32,000 bases of DNA from Candidatus Omnitrophota bacterium (lineage in GTDB: Bacteria > Omnitrophota > Gorgyraeia > Zapsychrales > JANLHA01). Shown piece by piece: positions 1-8,268 of this stretch (position 1 is the first letter of the stretch; each line of letters begins with the position of its first letter). The translations under genes and the position numbers were made by a program. The stretch is from NCBI GenBank assembly GCA_963662715.1, contig OY759724.1, positions 2,460,001-2,492,000 on the forward strand, in the 5' to 3' direction. The notes below the pieces were generated by a model, which had not been told where the DNA came from, searched no databases, and saw nothing but the letters and a program-made list of their open reading frames with translations.

Positions 1-246
1 CATCTTCGCGAGCGGTCTTCAGGGCTGTCTCAGGAGGCTGAGAGCAGGACAGGGATGTTCCCAACAGAACTAAAAGTAAAAAAACAGAAAAGCTTTTCAT
101 ATGACCTCCTTGTTATGATAAAAATAATAAATATTGTAACGAATGAGATTTGTTTCGTCTATATTGAAATTATGACTTTTGGTGTGGTGAGCGGCCTTTG
201 TCCGGAGCATGAAACATTTTTAAGACTGTTGAAAGAGGAGGGGAAT

Positions 247-609
247 ATGTTGTTGAAGATTCTCGGATGGTTTTGGATCACCGGAGGGATTCTGTTTTTG
301 TGGAAACCGGAATGGTTGCGAAATCGATTGAAAAAGAAAAGCGTCAAAACAGTCCGCAGATTTTTATTCAGCCTGATTTTATGTGTGAGTGTCCTTTTGA
401 TCAAGGGGGCCTGGGGCGTTCCCGGGATTCTGGCGAAAATCATTCTTGTCCTGGGAATGATCGGTATCATGAAAGCTTTTTATCTTTTAAAGGCGAAAAC
501 CGCTTCGGTCATTATTGACTGGTTTGTCAATCAGCCGGCGGTTTTTTTCAGGATAGCCGCCGCCGTTCATCTCATAATCGGTGTTGTTCTCTTACAGGTC
601 CGTGCCTGA
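247..609 (+). CDS. hypothetical small integral membrane protein (about 120 aa)
   Basis: ORF track gives 55..609. I prefer the in-frame ATG at 247, which is preceded by GAGGAGGGG (235-243); the 64 upstream codons run through AT-rich promoter-like sequence. The product is mostly hydrophobic helices (ILGWFWITGGILFLW, LFSLILCVSVLLI, ILVLGMIGIM, AAVHLIIGVVLL). No family recognised. Confidence 0.5.
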   Translation: MLLKILGWFWITGGILFLWKPEWLRNRLKKKSVKTVRRFLFSLILCVSVLLIKGAWGVPGILAKIILVLGMIGIMKAFYLLKAKTASVIIDWFVNQPAVFFRIAAAVHLIIGVVLLQVRA

Positions 610-1284
610 AACAGTCCGTTGATGAGCCCGCTTGCCCTCCGGACAAGTTGCCTGTGATTTGTCGGGACAGGACGCGGAGAAAATCTTTGCGATGACAAAC
701 GAGATCAGCAGAGAATAAATGAGCGGAGCTGTTGCTAAAATGAGGATGATTTTTCGTCCGGTTAATACGGGCGCAGGGATAATCAACGCGAGGAGAATAA
801 CCACGGTGATCATGAAATTTTGCGCGGTTCGGCTGTAGGTGTTGATCACTTGGATGATGGAGGGGATGCGATATTTATCGGCATAGAATTCTCCGATCTG
901 ATAAAGGGTTTTCTTCCTGATAACATCACCCTCAAAATCAGAGGACAGGAGGGTTAAGGACAGCTCCTGTACGAGTTTTTTCTCCCTGAAATGATTCCTG
1001 GCCCCAAGGCAGAGGCAGGGGATGATCCCCAGGAGGATGAGTTTCTGCAAATAAACATAAGTCAGTAACAGGAACAGGATAATCAGGATGAAAATGGTCT
1101 TCTGTTGCCGGCAGATCCCGGTGAATTCTTTGAAAAGCTGTTTTGTCCTTTCATCCCGTATAAGCCGTGATTTTATGGCGGGACACAGCAGCAAAGATGA
1201 AAACCAGTGACGGACTTGTCGGTCGTTATCGATAGTGCTTGCGATAGCTTCCGTGCTGGTTATATTGTCATAAGAGGGGATCAT
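592..1284 (-). CDS. hypothetical multi-pass membrane protein
   Basis: 230-aa ORF with several hydrophobic segments (IFILIILFLLLTYVYL, LLGIIPCLCLG, FMITVVILLALIIPAPV, IILILATAPLIYSLLISFVIAKIF). No clear SD upstream. Its 3' end overlaps the convergent gene 247..609 by 18 nt. No family recognised. Confidence 0.45.
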   Translation of the reverse strand: MIPSYDNITSTEAIASTIDNDRQVRHWFSSLLLCPAIKSRLIRDERTKQLFKEFTGICRQQKTIFILIILFLLLTYVYLQKLILLGIIPCLCLGARNHFREKKLVQELSLTLLSSDFEGDVIRKKTLYQIGEFYADKYRIPSIIQVINTYSRTAQNFMITVVILLALIIPAPVLTGRKIILILATAPLIYSLLISFVIAKIFSASCPDKSQATCPEGKRAHQRTVSGTDL

Positions 1285-1392
1285 GGATTTTTACGGTTAT
1301 GGCGTGAATGTATGTTTTATTATTCCACATTTTATATCAATTGTTTCGGTGGAACAAGATTTTTAACTTCGGTTTGATCTGGAGTGCCGGTG

Positions 1393-2952
1393 ATGTCTCA
1401 AAAAAATACGGCCGAGGCCTGTTATAATCTGATCAGCATTTTTGTTTTAAGCCTGGTGTTTTTATATTCTTTCATCAGGGCGGCTGTCGTCCCGGTTTTT
1501 CATGATGAAGCTTATACTTATTTTGTCTATGTCAAGGCCCCTCTCAGCGTTGTGATGTCTGAACTGGGCAACAATCATATCCTGAATTCCCTCTTGATAA
1601 AGATGACGGTCGGCATGTTCGGTCTCAATGAATTGAGTCTCCGGCTTCCGGCTCTTTTCGGGCATGTCCTGTATCTTGTCGGTGTTTACAGGATTTCCAG
1701 ACTTTTTTTGCGGAGATTCGATCTTGTCGTTGGAACTATCCTGCTGACATTTAATCCCTTTGTCCTGGAATTGTTCTCTGCGGCCCGGGGGTATGCCTTG
1801 GCTTTAGGGTTTTTTATGCAGGCGTGTTATTATTTTCTGCGAAGCCGCGAGGATTTCACCCCGAGGAATGTTACCCTGACAGCCTGGCTTTTGGGATTAG
1901 CCGTATTTTCTCACTTGACCTTTCTTTATCTTTACGTGGCGGCCATGATCATTTTGTCCGGCGAAATTTTCAGCCGCGGGAATTCATCTTGTCCTGGACA
2001 AAACGGAAAACCTCTTTACCGGAAGAATCAATATTTGTCCTATCCTTTCAAGATGAGCCTTTTGCTGATCTGCCTTTTCACCGGCCCTGTTATCCATCAT
2101 CTGAAGACAGCCGGATTTTATCATGGAGGGACTCAGGGATTCTGGGCGGATACGGTCAGCAGTCTGGTTGTAGCCACTCTGTACGGACAGAGGGAATGGC
2201 CGCAGTCCTGGCTAAGGGTTGTCATGCTCGGGATCGCCGGGCTCATCAGTTCCTCCGCATTGTTTTTGCTGCGTGAACGCCTGAAGAGAAAACGGTTGTC
2301 GGCGGAGGGCCGGGCTCTTTATGGGTGGCTGTCCCTGCTGATCCTGACGTCGCTTATCATAACTCTGGCCCGTGCAATCTTCGGGATTAAGTATGTCTAC
2401 GGCAGAACGGCTGTTTTTTATATCCCGCTTTTCGGCCTTTTCGTTTTGTGTTTTTGGAAGTATTCGGCCGGCTTCTCTGGAAAAAAGTTCAGAATCTTTC
2501 CGGGTATGTTTTTATACCTCCTGGCGGTCCTTCTGGCCGCAAATTTAATCGCTTCCATGAATATCCGGCATTTTACGATCTGTTCATATGATATAAAAAG
2601 CAAAGATGTCATTTCCGCCCTTAAAAAAATGCATCAAAAGCAACGTTTGTCTGATAACCCTGTCCGGCTCGGAACGCATTTCCTGTTTGTCCCCAGTTTG
2701 CATTTTTACAGGGAAAAAAACGGCCTGACTTGGCTGCGGATTATTGACTTGGCCGATCCGGACTTCCCGCCCTGCCATTATTTTTACCTCCTGCCCCCGG
2801 AGCATGACCTTGTCCGCCAGCATAAATTGGGGAATGATTTTAAAAAAATCCCCCAATCTCAGCTTACAGTTATTCAGAGGTATCCTTCGGTCGGGACTTT
2901 TTTGGCCTCGGGATCTGTATCAGTCCTCCGGCAGGAGAAGGCTCCGGATTAG
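1393..2952 (+). CDS. GT-C fold membrane glycosyltransferase (ArnT/PMT, family 39/83-like)
   Basis: Large polytopic membrane protein. The acidic motif VPVFHDEAYTY in the first extracytoplasmic loop is typical of GT-C enzymes that use polyprenyl-phosphate sugars, and there is a soluble C-terminal domain of about 130 aa. The track starts at GTG 1384; the ATG at 1393 is an equally likely start. Confidence 0.65.
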   Translation: MSQKNTAEACYNLISIFVLSLVFLYSFIRAAVVPVFHDEAYTYFVYVKAPLSVVMSELGNNHILNSLLIKMTVGMFGLNELSLRLPALFGHVLYLVGVYRISRLFLRRFDLVVGTILLTFNPFVLELFSAARGYALALGFFMQACYYFLRSREDFTPRNVTLTAWLLGLAVFSHLTFLYLYVAAMIILSGEIFSRGNSSCPGQNGKPLYRKNQYLSYPFKMSLLLICLFTGPVIHHLKTAGFYHGGTQGFWADTVSSLVVATLYGQREWPQSWLRVVMLGIAGLISSSALFLLRERLKRKRLSAEGRALYGWLSLLILTSLIITLARAIFGIKYVYGRTAVFYIPLFGLFVLCFWKYSAGFSGKKFRIFPGMFLYLLAVLLAANLIASMNIRHFTICSYDIKSKDVISALKKMHQKQRLSDNPVRLGTHFLFVPSLHFYREKNGLTWLRIIDLADPDFPPCHYFYLLPPEHDLVRQHKLGNDFKKIPQSQLTVIQRYPSVGTFLASGSVSVLRQEKAPD

Positions 2953-3626
2953 AAGTGGTAGGTGACGCCGATCGCTATAACAGGATAAAATTTGAACCCG
3001 CTGATATCATCCTGCAGGTCGTCTTCTTCCTTTTTAATATCTGCTGTAAAAGAGGCATCACTGGCCAAGAGTCCGTCCGCGGTTAGATCGACTTCAGGAG
3101 AGCCTTGATAGATAACGCCCAGATCAAACGTGAGACACCAGTCTCCGTTGTCTCCAAAAGGATTTCCATAGCCGATGCCTATGTAAGGGGCGATATCATT
3201 GAACCCAATATTCCCTTTTAGCGTGCCGACTTGATTGGCCGTGTATGTTGTATCTCCTATGGTGTAATCCGTTGAACTTTTGGCCGAAGAGTTGATTTCA
3301 TTCTCATTGATCATAAACCCGGCAGATAAACGAAAATTATTCGAGAACGGGAACCAGTCCGCCAGGGCAGAGAATGTGAGCAGCTTTAATTCAAAGTCAT
3401 ATTCAACGTCACTTTCCGTTCCATCATAGTCGAATTCAAACAGGTTGAACCCTACCCGCGTATTAAAGTTATCAACAATCTTGACGGCTCCTTCCAACCC
3501 TCCTCCGAGTGTCCCGGCTTTTGCTCCAATGGCGATTCTTGACCCATAATCTCCTTCGGCAAAGGAAAAGGATGGGAGCAAGAGGAGGCCTAGGATGAGG
3601 ATTGTTATCGTCCAGCCTTTTTTCAT
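2949..3626 (-). CDS. small outer-membrane beta-barrel protein (OmpW/OmpA-TM-like porin-family fold)
   Basis: Track ORF is 2949..3812. The true start is probably Met63 (ATG at 3626), preceded by GGAGTC. Signal peptide MKKGWTITILILGLLLLPSFSFA|EG. The mature part shows alternating hydrophobic beta-strand patterning and the C-terminal signature IAIGVTYHF with terminal Phe. Confidence 0.8.
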   Translation of the reverse strand: MKKGWTITILILGLLLLPSFSFAEGDYGSRIAIGAKAGTLGGGLEGAVKIVDNFNTRVGFNLFEFDYDGTESDVEYDFELKLLTFSALADWFPFSNNFRLSAGFMINENEINSSAKSSTDYTIGDTTYTANQVGTLKGNIGFNDIAPYIGIGYGNPFGDNGDWCLTFDLGVIYQGSPEVDLTADGLLASDASFTADIKKEEDDLQDDISGFKFYPVIAIGVTYHF

Positions 3627-3939
3627 TTCTGACTCCTTTCTTAAAATGTGGCTTAGGGGCTTTCGTGTCTTAGTGGCAGGACGCTGGCGCGGTGTGGGAT
3701 GGGTGAGCCAAAAGACAGGGATTACAAACGTATATTTTAAAATTTTTAACCGGTGAACAGCGGCCATATTATAACATAACTTATTTTTGAAGAAAAAAAA
3801 TAATTCCGACATGTCCCGGGATAAGACAGAGTTGAAATTTTTCTTTGATAAATTTTATCCGGCACGTTATGATATTAATATCTGCCGCATTTTTGGCCGT
3901 AAGAATTCATGTTCATAAGCCGGAAAAAGGATTTCTGTT

Positions 3940-4356
3940 ATGAAAAACGTCCTGTTATGTTGTCTTCTCGCCGTGATCTTGGGGTGCGGCCAGCCGTCTT
4001 CTCCCGAATCACCCGCGTCATCAGCGGCTCCGGAGAGGTCTGCGGCTTATTTGAGCGAAGCGCTGTATCTGCTGGCCGGGAAATATTCGATTAATATCGA
4101 TACGTTAATGCGTTTATTAAATGACTACAGCTCGTATACCGGTCGGGAAGATATCGCCAACGATGTGAAGCTCGTTTCCATGGCCCGGGCAGAAGGAGAA
4201 CTTTTAAAAGACGAGATTGATCAGGTGCTTGATATTGAAGAGGCCCTGCGTCTTTTAAGCCAGAAATATAATGTTTCCCAATCCGTTCTGGCGAGTTTAA
4301 TTATTGATTATAAGCTGCTTTCTGGCAGGTGTCCTGCTGAGGCCCGTTCTCCCTGA
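3940..4356 (+). CDS. hypothetical lipoprotein with an internal approx. 24-aa repeat
   Basis: Lipobox in the signal peptide MKNVLLCCLLAVILG|C. The mature part contains two related segments, EALYLLAGKYSINIDTLMRLLNDY and EALRLLSQKYNVSQSVLASLIIDY. Confidence 0.65.
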   Translation: MKNVLLCCLLAVILGCGQPSSPESPASSAAPERSAAYLSEALYLLAGKYSINIDTLMRLLNDYSSYTGREDIANDVKLVSMARAEGELLKDEIDQVLDIEEALRLLSQKYNVSQSVLASLIIDYKLLSGRCPAEARSP

Positions 4357-4440
4357 AGGCTGCCTGCATTATGATTCCCGGATGACCGGTTAACAGGCAC
4401 GCAGAATCGTAAGCAATCACCATGACAAATTCCGTGATTC

Positions 4441-5433
4441 ATGAAGACTAAACTGATCCGCATCATTGTATTTTTGCATGTCCTGACTTTGAGTCCCTTT
4501 GCCGCAGCGCAACAGGAAGAGGATTCTATTTATGAAATCTTGAAACAGCAGAACGCAAGATTCCACCGTTCCGGGTACGACTTCTCTGTCATCAAGGCCA
4601 CCGAAGGGAAGCGGCGGCTTCGCCTTCGGGCGGTGAATGATAAGACTTATGCCCCTGTTGCCGACTTTGCGGTTACTTTCTTGCAAGGGGAAGAGGAGGA
4701 ATATACTTTTAATAATGAGGTGGTTGTCTCTTGTCCGGGAGGCGGAATTTGTGAACTGGACTCTTTGTTCCCCAGACCGTACACATTCCATATTGCGGCG
4801 GCGGGTTTTGAATTAAAAGAAATAGTGGTCGATGTCTCAAACCCCGGGGATGATGTTGTCACGGTCCCTTTGGCCGCGGCATCCGGGAGGATTCAGGGAC
4901 GTGTGCTCGATGAAGAGAGTCAGCAGCCCTTGGAAGGCGTTGTTATCCGGCTCTTGGATGATGACGTGTCTGTCAAGACCGGACGTACGAATGACAGGGG
5001 TTTTTTTGCATTAACGGGCTTAAGGGTGTTTCCCGAAGAAAAGACGTATGTGCTTGTTTATGACAGCCCGGACCATTTCATCAAAGAAATCCCTTTTTCT
5101 TTTTACAAGCATAACGGGGATATGCAGGATGTCCTGCTCGATTTTGCCCCTTCCGTAGACGGCCAGCTTACGGATGCCGATGCCCGGCCTCTGGCCGGCG
5201 AGCAGATTTTCCTCCTTTCAAAGCAGTTTTATGAGCAGTGGCATGATACCCTTTTGTGGGGGAAATACTGTGCTTCAAGTTTCTGCCTAACCAATCAAAT
5301 GGGCCATTTTAGATTTGAGAAATTACAGCCGGGGACATATGTCCTTGTGTACGGCGGCCACGAAAGGGATATCTCGGAATTGGAGATCGGGGGGCATGAC
5401 CGGATAAGTGTTGAGCTTAAAAGAACGGATTAA
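4441..5433 (+). CDS. secreted protein with carboxypeptidase-regulatory-like (CarboxypepD_reg / Ig-like) domains
   Basis: Signal peptide MKTKLIRIIVFLHVLTLSPFAAA|QQ. GRIQGRVLDEESQQPLEGVVIRLLDD...TNDRGFFALTGL and GHFRFEKLQPGTYVLVYGG are the classic strand patterns of this domain. Confidence 0.65.
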   Translation: MKTKLIRIIVFLHVLTLSPFAAAQQEEDSIYEILKQQNARFHRSGYDFSVIKATEGKRRLRLRAVNDKTYAPVADFAVTFLQGEEEEYTFNNEVVVSCPGGGICELDSLFPRPYTFHIAAAGFELKEIVVDVSNPGDDVVTVPLAAASGRIQGRVLDEESQQPLEGVVIRLLDDDVSVKTGRTNDRGFFALTGLRVFPEEKTYVLVYDSPDHFIKEIPFSFYKHNGDMQDVLLDFAPSVDGQLTDADARPLAGEQIFLLSKQFYEQWHDTLLWGKYCASSFCLTNQMGHFRFEKLQPGTYVLVYGGHERDISELEIGGHDRISVELKRTD

Positions 5434-5486
5434 TACCGTGCTTTTCGTCCTTGTCTTCCCGGTTTAAGTTTCTGCAAAAATAACGT

Positions 5487-5514
5487 TTGTCATGCAGGCG
5501 AAGATGGGTATAAT
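5487..5514 (+). promoter_or_regulatory. sigma70-type promoter for the bTHX gene
   Basis: TTGTCA (5487-5492), a 16-nt spacer, then TATAAT (5509-5514). It lies about 60 nt upstream of the ATG at 5575. Confidence 0.5.
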
Positions 5515-5574
5515 AAATATTCCGCAGGAAGACGATTTGGTTCAGTGATATCTTAAATAACATGAGGAGGAAAA

Positions 5575-5676
5575 ATGGGAAAAGGTGATCGTAGAACGAA
5601 AAGAGGGAAGATCGTAAGAGGTACGCACGGGAAGACGCGGTCAAGGAAAAAAGAAAGAAAGAAGAACTTGGGCTAA
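5575..5676 (+). CDS. 30S ribosomal protein bTHX (33 aa)
   Basis: Not in the ORF track because it is under 60 aa. ATG at 5575 is preceded by GAGGAGG (5564-5570). Translation is MGKGDRRTKRGKIVRGTHGKTRSRKKERKKNLG, stop TAA 5674-5676. It is nearly collinear with Thermus thermophilus Thx as I recall it ([25 protein letters not shown]). Confidence 0.8.
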   Translation: MGKGDRRTKRGKIVRGTHGKTRSRKKERKKNLG

Positions 5677-6128
5677 AGGATTCCAGCCCGTTTTGTTCCA
5701 GCAGAGGCAATGCCTGGAACATTTGACGGGGCGTTTAAGAATGGCTCAAACAAAAATTTTATGATAACCATTTCTTCCCGGAGGAACGCCCTCCCCAGCC
5801 CTTTGTCCTGCCGGAATTCCAGGATTCAACCTCACAGATACTATTTGATTTTAATGGGGGAAGACCATATCCTGTCTGATATGAGTTCATAAGAGAACTA
5901 AATAATCTTAATCCTTACTTTGAATATATCGAAAAAGGAATATAATAGTACTGGATTTAAGCTTGCGGCCGGTAAAATATAGGGGCTGACGGTCCCGGGA
6001 ATGTTTTTTTGTCGCGTTGGCGCATCCGTGTTTTTCAAAGATTGAGCGGGGTTCCTCCGGAATATCTGTTTTCCAGCATTGTCCAGGAGGGGTTCTGAAA
6101 TTTTTCGTGAATCGTTGGAAGATCATTT

Positions 6129-6983
6129 ATGCCACAAAAAGGTCTTAAGAAAGCTGTCAAAGGTGCGGTTAAGGATTTAACCGAGTTTGTTTTCTTTACC
6201 TTGGGACTGGCTCTTTTCCTGTTTATATTTCATAAGCTTATCGGCAGCCGTTTATTCACTTTTTTGCTGCAATATGCCAGCATTGAAGACGATGCCGTGG
6301 CTAAATTTATGCTGTTCATTTACACCGTAAGCAGCTCTGTCCTGATCTTGCTGTTTTATTGGATGGCCTGGGAGTCTGCCCCCGGACAGAAGTTATATCA
6401 CAATTATATCAGCAAGCTTATTGTGAAAGACTATTATAAGGAGCAGAAGCGGCTGAATCTTGACGGGGTCCTCGGGAGTTTGTCCAAGATAGAACGACGG
6501 TCTTTAGACGCCGATGAAGACCAGAAGGATGCCGTTCTGGACGGCATGCATGATTCCGAATTCAGGATATTTTTTACGGCAGAGGATTTAATACCCCCTG
6601 ACAGAAGAACGGACGGGCTGCATGTTATCACTTATGAAAACGGAAATCCCAAGCTGGAAGTGACGTATCAAACCGGAAAGCTGACCGGTGTTTATCGCAC
6701 GTATTATCAGGACGGGACCCTCCATCAGGAAAAATCTTATAAAGACGGGAAGCTGAACGGACTCTATAAAGCGTTTGATGAGAATGGTGTCCCTTATTTT
6801 GAAATTGAATATGCGGACGACCATCAGCACGGGGCAGACAAGATTTATAATAAATATGGCTTTTTGGTGTTTTGCGATACTTATGATCGCGGTGTGCGGG
6901 TGAACAGGAAGACGTATGATGAACGAGGGAAAGTTGTTTTTAGCCAGAATTTTGATAATCCGCAGGTTAAGCCCGATAAATAA
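6129..6983 (+). CDS. membrane-anchored MORN-repeat-variant (YwqK-like) protein
   Basis: Two N-terminal TM helices (FVFFTLGLALFLFIF, FMLFIYTVSSSVLILLFYWMAW), then tandem repeats of the Y-x-NG-x-(K/L)-x-E-x-x-Y-x-x-G-K-L-x-G type (YENGNPKLEVTYQTGKLTGVYRTYYQDGTLHQEKSYKDGKLNGLYKAFDENG). Confidence 0.75.
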   Translation: MPQKGLKKAVKGAVKDLTEFVFFTLGLALFLFIFHKLIGSRLFTFLLQYASIEDDAVAKFMLFIYTVSSSVLILLFYWMAWESAPGQKLYHNYISKLIVKDYYKEQKRLNLDGVLGSLSKIERRSLDADEDQKDAVLDGMHDSEFRIFFTAEDLIPPDRRTDGLHVITYENGNPKLEVTYQTGKLTGVYRTYYQDGTLHQEKSYKDGKLNGLYKAFDENGVPYFEIEYADDHQHGADKIYNKYGFLVFCDTYDRGVRVNRKTYDERGKVVFSQNFDNPQVKPDK

Positions 6984-7158
6984 TCCAGGCTTTCAGGTAA
7001 CGGATTGAAAAATATTCCCCATAACAATTCTGCTTATTTGTATTTGTTTTTCCTGTCCCGTGTTGTCTCAAAAAACGAGGGATGCTGCTGTGGAATTGCA
7101 GGGATGGCGGATGACCGGAATATGTCATGATATTTGCGATACAAGAACAGGAGTTGCC

Positions 7159-8232
7159 ATGGAAATAGGGATCGTCGGATTGCCCAATGTCGGGAAATCA
7201 ACGCTTTTTAACGCATTAACCGGGGCCGGGGCTTCGGCGGAAAATTTTCCTTTTACGACCATTGAACCTAACGTGGGGATTGTGCCTCTTCCTGATCCGC
7301 GGCTGAAAATTTTGGCGGAAAAGGAGTCAAGTCAGAAAGTAACGCCGGCGGGAATACGTTTTGTCGATATTGCCGGTTTGGTTCAGGGGGCGAGCCGGGG
7401 GGAAGGGCTGGGGAATAAATTTTTGTCGCATATCCGCGCTGTTGATGCCGTTGCCCATGTCGTCCGTTGTTTTCGTGATGACAATGTCGTTAATGTCCTG
7501 GAGGAACTTGATCCCCTGCAGGCTGCTGAAATTATCGAAACAGAACTTCTGCTTGCGGATCTGCAGCAGGCCCAGAATGCGCTGGAAAAGGTTCGAAAAC
7601 CGGCGCAGTCGGGAGATAAAGACGCCAGGGCGAAGTTTGAAGTCTTGGAAGGGGTCCTGCAAGGCCTGAATAACGGGCAAGCTCTCCGGAGGCAGAACGT
7701 CGAGTCTCCTCTTGTTGATGAGTTCCAGTTCCTGACCGCGAAGCCGGTTTTATATGTTGCTAATGTGGATGAAGAAGGGGCGGGGGAAAATGTCCCGCTC
7801 AGTTTAAAGGAGCGCGCCGACCGGGAAAAGGCCGGGGCCGTATCCTTATGCGCAAAACTGGAAGCGGAGATTATGGAGTTCCCGGAAGAGGAAAGAAGCG
7901 TTTATTATGAATCGGCGGGGATGACCTCCTCGGGCCTCGTTCGTCTGGCCCAGGCCGGAAAAGACCTGCTGGATTTGGTGTGTTTTTTTACGGTCAACCC
8001 CAAAGAGGCGCGCGCCTGGTTTGTCCCGAAAGGGACAAAGGCCCCGCAGGCTGCGGGGAAGATCCACACAGACATGGAGAGGGGTTTTATCCGGGCTGAG
8101 GTGTACAAGTTTGATGATTTGCAGAAATGTGGCTCTCATGCGGCCGTCAAGGAAAAAGGTCTTGTTTCTGTGGAAGGCAAAGATTATGAGATCCGGGAAG
8201 GGGATGTTGTCTATTTTCGTTTTAACGTTTGA
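7159..8232 (+). CDS. ychF: redox-regulated ribosome-binding ATPase YchF
   Basis: MEIGIVGLPNVGKSTLFNALT (G1), FPFTTIEPNVG, VDIAGLV..AS.GEGLGN.FL, and the C-terminal TGS-like IHTDMERGFIRAEV...GKDYEIREGDVVYFRFNV. The track ORF starts at 7060, but the conserved N-terminus begins at ATG 7159. Confidence 0.95.
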   Translation: MEIGIVGLPNVGKSTLFNALTGAGASAENFPFTTIEPNVGIVPLPDPRLKILAEKESSQKVTPAGIRFVDIAGLVQGASRGEGLGNKFLSHIRAVDAVAHVVRCFRDDNVVNVLEELDPLQAAEIIETELLLADLQQAQNALEKVRKPAQSGDKDARAKFEVLEGVLQGLNNGQALRRQNVESPLVDEFQFLTAKPVLYVANVDEEGAGENVPLSLKERADREKAGAVSLCAKLEAEIMEFPEEERSVYYESAGMTSSGLVRLAQAGKDLLDLVCFFTVNPKEARAWFVPKGTKAPQAAGKIHTDMERGFIRAEVYKFDDLQKCGSHAAVKEKGLVSVEGKDYEIREGDVVYFRFNV

Positions 8233-8268
8233 GCATGTGTTAAGATGTGAAACGGGATGGCTTGATCT

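Noticed and set aside
5417-5722. 101-aa minus-strand ORF in the track
   Set aside because: It lies antisense to the well-supported bTHX gene, promoter and SD. Its sequence is low-complexity (S/L/F-rich) with no start context. Most likely a shadow ORF.
5982-5989. GGGGCTGA, which resembles the 5' end of tmRNA
   Set aside because: No tRNA-like 3' end (T-arm/ACCA) follows, no tag reading frame is visible, and the well-supported MORN gene begins 140 nt downstream. Coincidental match.
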